Below are positions 39,194 through 46,040 of a stretch of 64,000 nucleotides of DNA, piece after piece. Each line of letters opens with the position of its first letter. Position 1 is the stretch's first letter. This DNA comes from a virus: the IMG/VR virus record IMGVR_UViG_3300016674_000106, one strand, 5' to 3'. The notes under the pieces are model-generated. The model did no database searches and was not told the origin of the DNA. It saw nothing but the letters and a program-made list of their open reading frames with translations. The position numbers and the translations under genes were made by a program.

Positions 39194-39222
39194 ATGATAA
39201 CGCGTTTGGTCTGTTATGTCAA
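39194..39222 (-). promoter_or_regulatory. sigma70 promoter for rnh (probably leaderless mRNA)
   Basis: TTGACA (39222-39217), 17 nt, TATCAT (39199-39194); only 5 nt to the ATG and no SD. Confidence 0.6.
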
Positions 39223-39284
39223 ATAAATTACTAAATAAAAGTGCCGATCACGATGTACCACCATCTATCGGCTCTAACAGTTAA

Positions 39285-40007
39285 ATGGGAACTATCAGCA
39301 TGTCTATTTATTCTTACGGTAATCCGCCGCCTGGTTTCTATGTATATGCATATATTCGAAGTAAGGATTCGGTAACTGCTAACGCAGGAACTCCGTATTA
39401 TATCGGAAAAGGCTCCGGAAGACGAGCCTGGGAACAACACCGAAGAAAGAATAAAGGAGTGTGGACTCCTAAAAATAAAAATTTTATTGTTATAATTTCC
39501 TGCGATTTGACCGAAGTTGGGTCGTTTGCTATTGAGAGAAAGTTAATCAGGATCTGGGGCAGAAAAAATTTAGGTTCTGGAATTTTAGAAAATAAAACTG
39601 ACGGCGGCGAAGGAGCATCCGGAGCAGTTTGCTCAGAAGAGACCAGGCGCAAAATGAAACAGCCGCAGACTTTAGAGCATAACATGAATATTAGTAAAGG
39701 ATTACAAAGATATAACAGGACCGCCATTCATCAAGAAAATCTAAATAAGTCTCTGCAACGCCGCGGACCGTGTCCTGAACAGGTTAAAGACAAAATTCGA
39801 GAAACTTATGTGGAAAAATATAATAACGGTTACATTAATCCCGCTTCAAAGCAATGGCAGATTACAAACTTAGATGACGGTACAACTGTTGTAGTATTCG
39901 GGTTAAAAACATGGGCAGCTAAGAATAACTTTAACCCGAATACTGTTGATTGGTCAGCAAGAAAACATAAGAAATATAAAAATTTTTTAATAATTCCGAT
40001 GCTCTAG
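39285..40007 (+). mobile_element. Free-standing GIY-YIG/NUMOD3 homing endonuclease (Seg-like); likely start 39300
   Basis: YVYAY...TPYYIGKG...E..LI...G...G.L.N.TDGGEG, then NUMOD3-like SEETRRKM; opposite strand to all neighbours. Confidence 0.8.
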
Positions 40008-40507
40008 CTTATCTCAGACCTACCGTTTCCTAAATTATTAACGTTGATATAGCCGCTTCCGCGCCTTTCCATATCAACACCGGCTTCAGCACCCACTCCG
40101 CGGCACAAGTCTTGGAACCATTGATCAACAATCGCTTCATCAGATTCGCCGTCGTAGCCGGCAGTTTTTAATTGTAGCACAAAGTATTCGTTCCAGTCAA
40201 GCTCGAAGAACCCATTTCGGGGGTTCTGTTCGTTAACATGAGTTTCTAAAACACCAACCCATGGTTCCTTTTTTTCCGTTGCTCGCTCTTTTGGACTGAG
40301 CTTTGCTAATCGTTCTGCTTCTTTTGCAAGGTTTGCTGCATATTCAGCTGCTTCGCGTTCGACTTCGGCTTGAGCCTTTAATTTATTTGCCTCTAATGCA
40401 GCGGCTTCTGCCTCTCTTGCGGTTTTGATCGCTTCGGCTGCTTCTGCAATTGCTTCTTCTTTTAATTTCTCAAGACCAAGGGCTCGAGAAAGCCACTCTT
40501 TTAACAT
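40004..40507 (-). CDS. Hypothetical protein with Ala/Glu-rich coiled coil
   Basis: 167-aa ORF; its TAG overlaps the endonuclease TAG (CTAG). Confidence 0.6.
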   Translation of the reverse strand: MLKEWLSRALGLEKLKEEAIAEAAEAIKTAREAEAAALEANKLKAQAEVEREAAEYAANLAKEAERLAKLSPKERATEKKEPWVGVLETHVNEQNPRNGFFELDWNEYFVLQLKTAGYDGESDEAIVDQWFQDLCRGVGAEAGVDMERRGSGYINVNNLGNGRSEIS

Positions 40508-40800
40508 TTAAATTGCCCCTTTTTCCAAACTTCTTCGAGAATTGTTATTGTAACTTGATCAGGATGATACGGAGAATAATCGATTCCGTCGACAATCTCT
40601 GGGTCCCAATCGAAGCTCCAGAGATTGTATTTGTTTCGGATATGCATTCCGAACCCTTGATGCAGAACCGTAAAGCTTATGTTGTTATATGGCATTCGGA
40701 AAAAATAGCTTTGTTCTTCTTCCGACATCTCTAAAATTTCCTTGTGCACTAAATCAACAATTTCGCTGAGCTTTTCGGTTATATGCATCACGTACCCCAT
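40501..40800 (-). CDS. Hypothetical protein
   Basis: 99-aa ORF overlapping the queE end and the next gene. Confidence 0.5.
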   Translation of the reverse strand: MGYVMHITEKLSEIVDLVHKEILEMSEEEQSYFFRMPYNNISFTVLHQGFGMHIRNKYNLWSFDWDPEIVDGIDYSPYHPDQVTITILEEVWKKGQFKC

Positions 40801-41639
40801 GCGTTCCTAAAAAGATCGACTTGAAGCCGCGGACTGTATCTAAGACCGTGTTGCATTGCTAACTTAGCTACGTTAGTGGTATTTAGATTATACACGTTAT
40901 CGGTCCCGCCAACTGGCATTAGATAAACGTGTCCGGTAAAGCCTGCCGATCGATATGCTGCAATTGCACATTCTGCGTCTGCAAAATCTTGATCAGTAGC
41001 GATTACAAACTTTAGATACGTATCGCCGACGGTTTGATAATCGCACACAACCTCGGGTTTGATCGCATGTTCCCATTTTTCGCCCGAACACGGTAGTTTC
41101 GCACTAACGCTAAACGTGATTTCGCCGCCTGCATGCGGATACCTTGCTGCGCGCCAACCTTTGAGATACTCTTTGAACTCGTCTGTTAGCGGTTGTGTGC
41201 CGTTAGTTTCGAACGTAATTTCTTTTAGTGCCTGCATTACAGGATGGTCGAGAAGTTCCGGGTATGCTCGTTGCCAGCCTAGCAGAGGCTCGCCACCGGT
41301 GATAATTAGGTGTTCATCCTTCCATTCTTTATTAGGAAGCAACATACAGATCTTTTCTGCAAGTTCGGTAGTACCAACCATCGGACTGAACTCTTTAAAC
41401 TTCGGGTGCCAAGATGCATACGAATCACAGCCAGTGGTTACAAGAGGAAGTTCCTCGTATGCTCGATACTGTTTCGGATCGATAAATTCTACTTCATTAG
41501 ATCGGCACCCTCGGTCCATACCAAACCCGGCACATGTAAAGTTACAACCGAACGTTCGAAGAAATACGCTCGGTACTCCGACATACTTGCCTTCGCCTTG
41601 GACGCTATAAAACAACTCTGCTACTTTAATTTTACTCAT
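40788..41639 (-). CDS. queE: 7-carboxy-7-deazaguanine synthase (radical SAM)
   Basis: ELFYSVQGEG...GVPSVFLR.FGCN..C, ITGGEPLL, FETNGT, VS.K, LKFV, YLMP, RLQV. Confidence 0.9.
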   Translation of the reverse strand: MSKIKVAELFYSVQGEGKYVGVPSVFLRTFGCNFTCAGFGMDRGCRSNEVEFIDPKQYRAYEELPLVTTGCDSYASWHPKFKEFSPMVGTTELAEKICMLLPNKEWKDEHLIITGGEPLLGWQRAYPELLDHPVMQALKEITFETNGTQPLTDEFKEYLKGWRAARYPHAGGEITFSVSAKLPCSGEKWEHAIKPEVVCDYQTVGDTYLKFVIATDQDFADAECAIAAYRSAGFTGHVYLMPVGGTDNVYNLNTTNVAKLAMQHGLRYSPRLQVDLFRNAWGT

Positions 41640-41664
41640 ATAATCTACCTTAATCTAAGTTACA

Positions 41665-41949
41665 TTATACACGATTGCTGTGAAATAATGTAGACCACGA
41701 CTTCAATTTGTTAACCTTTTTTGCCTTTGCTTGTTCTAACTCGCCCACAGTAATTACATTTTGGTCAATTAGATAGTCTACAATTGCAAGAATGTCGCCG
41801 ATTTCTTCGTTCAGTAGTTCTCTATTTTTAATACCTTCTTTAAGATGTAATTCGTCAATACCAAATCGACGACATTTACTAACTATTTGAATAACTTCGG
41901 CGCATTCTTCTTGTAAAATACCAAGGGCTTCGAGAATTTTATCGTTCAT
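41665..41949 (-). CDS. MazG-like nucleotide pyrophosphohydrolase
   Basis: LQEECAEV...L.EEIGD acidic motif; start MNDKIL at 41949. Confidence 0.75.
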   Translation of the reverse strand: MNDKILEALGILQEECAEVIQIVSKCRRFGIDELHLKEGIKNRELLNEEIGDILAIVDYLIDQNVITVGELEQAKAKKVNKLKSWSTLFHSNRV

Positions 41950-42478
41950 AACGGCAGTGACTTTTTTGTGTTTCCCAAAGCTCAACGGCAGAAACAGTAG
42001 CAATATCTTTGAGCTGAGATTGGGCGTAGTCGCTAAGAAACGCGCAAATGTTCTCTGAAGTGGGAACAAAGTTGACTAATACAAAACTATCTAAATGAAG
42101 CTTTCGAAACTCGCTAACCGCATAGATAGATGTGGTAACAAGTTCTCCTAGGTTGGTAAAGTTGTTAACATTTTCAGGAAGATCTAAAGGGTCAATGCTT
42201 GTAATCAATTCAAAGTTAGGATCATTGATGTCAATCATAAATTTATGATCTAACGTAGTATCGATAAACTGCTTCATGAAGTTTAAATTTTTAAAATCAG
42301 TAACCATGCTCGATTGATCGAGTTTTTCAGATTTTAAAAATACTTTAAGTGTGTAGCTATGCCCGTGTAGGTGTTTACAGGCACACTCGGTACTAATGCT
42401 CAGATGGGTGTGCTTGAGCTCCTGCGCCCAAACACGATGCCCCATTTCCCAATTAAACGCTTTATCAATGATCCACAT
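41939..42478 (-). CDS. queD: 6-carboxytetrahydropterin synthase
   Basis: GHRV...CKHLHGHSY...DFK...LDHKF...PTSENI...VELWET; start at 42478 coupled to the upstream stop. Confidence 0.9.
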   Translation of the reverse strand: MWIIDKAFNWEMGHRVWAQELKHTHLSISTECACKHLHGHSYTLKVFLKSEKLDQSSMVTDFKNLNFMKQFIDTTLDHKFMIDINDPNFELITSIDPLDLPENVNNFTNLGELVTTSIYAVSEFRKLHLDSFVLVNFVPTSENICAFLSDYAQSQLKDIATVSAVELWETQKSHCRYER

Positions 42479-42975
42479 TATTTTGCCCACCAGTCTTCGT
42501 ACGGAAAGTCAACCCAGACGTCATCTTCGTTTTTGTTGATAGTCATTCCTACGAAATCCATATCTACGTTTGCTCGACTAGACTGATTATCTACCACAAT
42601 GGCAAATTTAACGTTTTCATTCCACACATGCTTCCATCGATCTCGATCCGGAAGGCAAGACCCTTGCCAGTCTTCGATGATCCAATTGATAGTTGCTCCG
42701 GAATCGTTAATGTCGTCGACAATTAAGATTTTCTTACCGTCAAATGCATCCTCGCTCATCCATGCATTGGTTTCAGTTCCGCCGCCGTCGCGCAGGCTAA
42801 CTTTTAATGTTTCTAACGGTTTTTGAAAATACTGGCTGATCATTACAGCAGGAACAAGACCGCCTCGAGTAATGCCTACGATATAATCCGGAATCCAGCC
42901 CGATACAGCAATCTGCTGGCACAGGCTATTGATCAAACCTTTAAATTCGGTCTGATTAATAACAAGTTTTTTCAT
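42478..42975 (-). CDS. Type I (Gpt-like) purine phosphoribosyltransferase
   Basis: IVGITRGGLVPA and PRPP loop ILIVDDINDSGAT; ends WVDFPYE. Confidence 0.88.
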   Translation of the reverse strand: MKKLVINQTEFKGLINSLCQQIAVSGWIPDYIVGITRGGLVPAVMISQYFQKPLETLKVSLRDGGGTETNAWMSEDAFDGKKILIVDDINDSGATINWIIEDWQGSCLPDRDRWKHVWNENVKFAIVVDNQSSRANVDMDFVGMTINKNEDDVWVDFPYEDWWAK

Positions 42976-42976
42976 G

Positions 42977-43663
42977 TTAGCCCTTTGCAGTGTTAACGAT
43001 ATTCATAAACTCTGCACGAACTGCTGGATCAGTTTTAAATGCACCGCCGAGTTTGGAAGTAACAGTGGAACTACCGGTATCTTCAACGCCGCGTGCTGCA
43101 ACGCAATAATGTTTAGCATTAATTACAACGGCAATGTTATCGGTTTCGAGGATATATTGCAGTGCGTAATAAATTTGTTCGGTTAGCCGTTCTTGGATCT
43201 GAGGCCGCTTGCTAAAGTATTCGACAATTCGATTGATCTTAGAAAGCCCGAGAACCTTCTCGTTAGGAATATACCCGACAGTAGCGAAGCCGTCAATGAC
43301 CACAAAGTGGTGTTCACAATTTGATTGCACATTAACGTTTCGCTCTACGACCATTTCGTCGTAGTTCATTTTATTTTCAACAGTTGTGCACTTAGGAAAC
43401 GCGTCGTAATCGAGGCCCCAAAAAATTTCATTCACAAACATTTTCGCAACACGCTTTGGAGTTTCGACTAGACTATCGTCTGTTAGATCGAGTCCGAGCA
43501 CCTGCATAATCTGTCGGAAATGATTTTCGATGATATCGATCCGTTCCTTGCGATCACCGTAGCTTACGTCATTATTGACCGGTGTTTCTACACCGCACTT
43601 TACTAAATGTTCGTGGATTTGTTGACCTAGAGCCGGATCGGTTTTAGTTTTGTTGTATGACAT
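42977..43663 (-). CDS. folE: GTP cyclohydrolase I
   Basis: TPKRVAKM, CEHHFV, GLSKINRIV, RPQIQERLT, HYC..ARG; start MSYNK at 43663 after AAGGA SD. Confidence 0.95.
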   Translation of the reverse strand: MSYNKTKTDPALGQQIHEHLVKCGVETPVNNDVSYGDRKERIDIIENHFRQIMQVLGLDLTDDSLVETPKRVAKMFVNEIFWGLDYDAFPKCTTVENKMNYDEMVVERNVNVQSNCEHHFVVIDGFATVGYIPNEKVLGLSKINRIVEYFSKRPQIQERLTEQIYYALQYILETDNIAVVINAKHYCVAARGVEDTGSSTVTSKLGGAFKTDPAVRAEFMNIVNTAKG

Positions 43664-43725
43664 TTGATATCCTTCCTTACGCGGATTAATTTTGTAGATT
43701 GTTGTGTCACCGTTGTGTGACAAGA

Positions 43726-44829
43726 TTATTTATATGCTGCGATTTGCGAGATCAAATTATCTGCGCTAAAAAATTTCGATGTTAGTAACTGTTCAACTGT
43801 AGATAAGTCAACATTGTTATATGATTTAATTATACTGCGAATTTTGTCTACAATCAAATCTTTATGCGATTGATATGCATTGTAGTTAATTGTCCATTCG
43901 CTAGGGTACTTAAATTCTTCTGGATACATCTCAGTATAACTTAGACGGTCGGGCACAAACGGAATAGCACCAGCTAACACCCCCTCGTAAGGAGAAATTC
44001 CTAAAGTTTCTTGCAGGTTGGCACTAAAAACCATTTTTGCCTTGCCTAAGATTTGATGGTATTCGGTCTTAGTTAGCCGAGACTCTTGACATACAACAAA
44101 CTGATATTCCGGAATAGACTTTGCTAGATCTTTAAAAATATCTAGTTGTTTTTCTGGAGCAATACGGTGCGGAAATACGATTAGGTCTTCCTTTGTCGAC
44201 TTGTATCGTCTAATTTCATCTTTAAGATACTCCATCGGCCAGCCGGTTTGAATTACTTTTCCAGTGCGTTCGGCATTGTAATGCTCTGAGGGTCCTTCGT
44301 GTCCGAACAGATTTTTGAAGAACATACTGGTATGAAACTCGGTTGCAAAGTAGTTTTTATCAAGCGCATAAAAGAAACTTTTTTCAGTATGTCTGACCCA
44401 CGGAGCGTCACCGACAATTCTACCTAAGAAATCTTGCGGATCGTAGCTACCTGCATGCCAGAGCCCGTGCAATACCCAGTTCGTTCCTAGCAAATCCTTC
44501 ATATACTTAACTTGTAGGATTGTCGGGTTCCAAGCATCTGTAAACAGAATATGATCGTTCGGTTTGACTAGCCGATTATTAAACTTTTCTAAAAAGTTAA
44601 TAAGCTGCGAGCTTTTCCAATTGTTGGTGTCGGAGAAATTCAAAAATGCACCAGGAGTCGGTGCTGTGTTCAATTGTACACCGCTAATGTCACAGACATT
44701 GAACTTATCGGACAGTGCTTCTTTTAAAAGCAAAGGAATATGCACTTCCCACTGACCGGTGTATCTAGTTTCGATCGGTTCTAGAGACATTACCCAGATT
44801 GTGGGCTTTGAGAAATCCATTTCTATCAT
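43726..44829 (-). CDS. GT-B (GT4-like) glycosyltransferase
   Basis: VFPHR.APEKQ and E-x7-E motif ETLGISPYE, then GAIP.VP....Y.E. Confidence 0.8.
   Translation of the reverse strand: MIEMDFSKPTIWVMSLEPIETRYTGQWEVHIPLLLKEALSDKFNVCDISGVQLNTAPTPGAFLNFSDTNNWKSSQLINFLEKFNNRLVKPNDHILFTDAWNPTILQVKYMKDLLGTNWVLHGLWHAGSYDPQDFLGRIVGDAPWVRHTEKSFFYALDKNYFATEFHTSMFFKNLFGHEGPSEHYNAERTGKVIQTGWPMEYLKDEIRRYKSTKEDLIVFPHRIAPEKQLDIFKDLAKSIPEYQFVVCQESRLTKTEYHQILGKAKMVFSANLQETLGISPYEGVLAGAIPFVPDRLSYTEMYPEEFKYPSEWTINYNAYQSHKDLIVDKIRSIIKSYNNVDLSTVEQLLTSKFFSADNLISQIAAYK
43727..43734 (-). promoter_or_regulatory. Late promoter TATAAATA upstream of folE
   Basis: Formed by the final Tyr-Lys-stop codons of the glycosyltransferase gene. 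Confidence 0.45.
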
Positions 44830-44846
44830 TATAGATCCTTTAATGT

Positions 44847-44875
44847 AAAAAGCCCGGGTTACCCGGGCTTTTTTT
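44847..44875 (-). terminator. Intrinsic terminator (bidirectional form)
   Basis: AAAAAGCCCGGG-TTA-CCCGGGCTTTTTTT. Confidence 0.8.
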
Positions 44876-45062
44876 AGGCAGTTGCGTTGCGCTTCTTAGA
44901 CCTTGCCCAATCTTTGTATGCCTTCGATCGGTATAGATCTGCTTGGTTAAAGTTGATCAAGTTCAACCGACAGTGATCGTGCCACGCTTCAAGATCGTCA
45001 AAGATCTTGTTAACTTCGGGCTTCATCGTGAGGGTTTTTTGAATGTATCCAGGCAGTGCCAT
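44874..45062 (-). CDS. Small basic hypothetical protein with its own promoter
   Basis: 62-aa ORF, AAAGGA SD, promoter upstream and terminator downstream. Confidence 0.55.
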   Translation of the reverse strand: MALPGYIQKTLTMKPEVNKIFDDLEAWHDHCRLNLINFNQADLYRSKAYKDWARSKKRNATA

Positions 45063-45106
45063 TTATTGTCCTTTGTTTAGATTGTTTAAATTGTTACTAC
45101 AGTTAA

Positions 45107-45136
45107 ATATTACACGAGTTTGCTATTGTATGTCAA
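45107..45136 (-). promoter_or_regulatory. sigma70-type promoter
   Basis: TTGACA (45136-45131), 18 nt, TAATAT (45112-45107). Confidence 0.55.
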
Positions 45137-45513
45137 CTAATTTTTTTGGTATATTCGATCACACACCCGCATTCTCCGTCCTCGCTCACTTCCAGTGACA
45201 TATTTCTGTTCGGGTATCGCTTAACGACTTCGGCAGCAACGTCGTCTGCTAGCATTTCAACACTCTTGTGGTTGATGTCGATAACATTTGTTTCGAATAA
45301 AGACTCGCAAAAATTCAAAAACTGATGAAATTCAAGTTCACGATCGTCATGAAACACTTCGATCTTTACTTTAAATTTAAACAAATGTCGATGTCGGTTA
45401 GCAAGGTAGCTAACATCTTGTAAGGACGGGTCGGCCGCTGCCTGCGGGTAATAGTGGAAACCGGCCCGTTGAAACGTTACCCAGATCCAGCGAGAGGTAG
45501 TATGCGTATTCAT
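45133..45513 (-). CDS. Second QueD-like T-fold protein
   Basis: F...GFH.YP...LANRHRHLF.FKV...D.E.EF...S.E.LA...VSEDGE.G; HRH in place of the QueD HGH. Confidence 0.65.
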   Translation of the reverse strand: MNTHTTSRWIWVTFQRAGFHYYPQAAADPSLQDVSYLANRHRHLFKFKVKIEVFHDDRELEFHQFLNFCESLFETNVIDINHKSVEMLADDVAAEVVKRYPNRNMSLEVSEDGECGCVIEYTKKIS

Positions 45514-46040
45514 TTAATGATAGTATCCTTTCCGTACTTCTTCCAGTCTGTAAAAACTTTTCGATCCATTAAATCGTGTACATTGTGCACCCAAACTCCA
45601 GGATTAGTCCTATTAAAATCAATGTCATCGATCTTAATACACGCATTGTAGTTTAAATGCTTTATGTAAGGTATTTTAACACTAATTTGTGGAATAAACA
45701 AGTTGCTTTCTAACAAATGAGATTCTTGAAGTCCTTCTACCTCGGAAAGATCTAAGTCCAACGTGCACCAATATTTTTGGTCGATGCACGGTGTAATCAT
45801 TTTTTCCCACATAGACCAAGTGTCGTAGTCATCTGCTCCGTGCGTTTTAAAGCTCTGATTTGCACCGAAATAAATGTGTTCTACATTCCAGTCCTTGGCT
45901 AACTGTAAAATAGTTTCAGCATCGTGAACACCAGATACGAAAAGCGTCTTCATACCATATGCAGGCGTGTGCTCGATTTCGTCTCCTACGAAATACTGAA
46001 CATCTGCGTCAGATGTTCCTGTGTCGTAATCTCGTTTCAT
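45510..46040 (-). CDS. Hypothetical protein inside the deazaguanine island
   Basis: 176 aa, coupled at both ends (ATGA overlaps) to the TGT-like and T-fold genes. Confidence 0.65.
   Translation of the reverse strand: MKRDYDTGTSDADVQYFVGDEIEHTPAYGMKTLFVSGVHDAETILQLAKDWNVEHIYFGANQSFKTHGADDYDTWSMWEKMITPCIDQKYWCTLDLDLSEVEGLQESHLLESNLFIPQISVKIPYIKHLNYNACIKIDDIDFNRTNPGVWVHNVHDLMDRKVFTDWKKYGKDTIIK

Noticed and set aside
42977-43723. Longer ORF-track starts for folE, VWA, MazG, dnaJ and queD
   Set aside because: The extensions overlap promoters or upstream genes; shorter starts have SD sequences, coupling overlaps or promoter-consistent positions.
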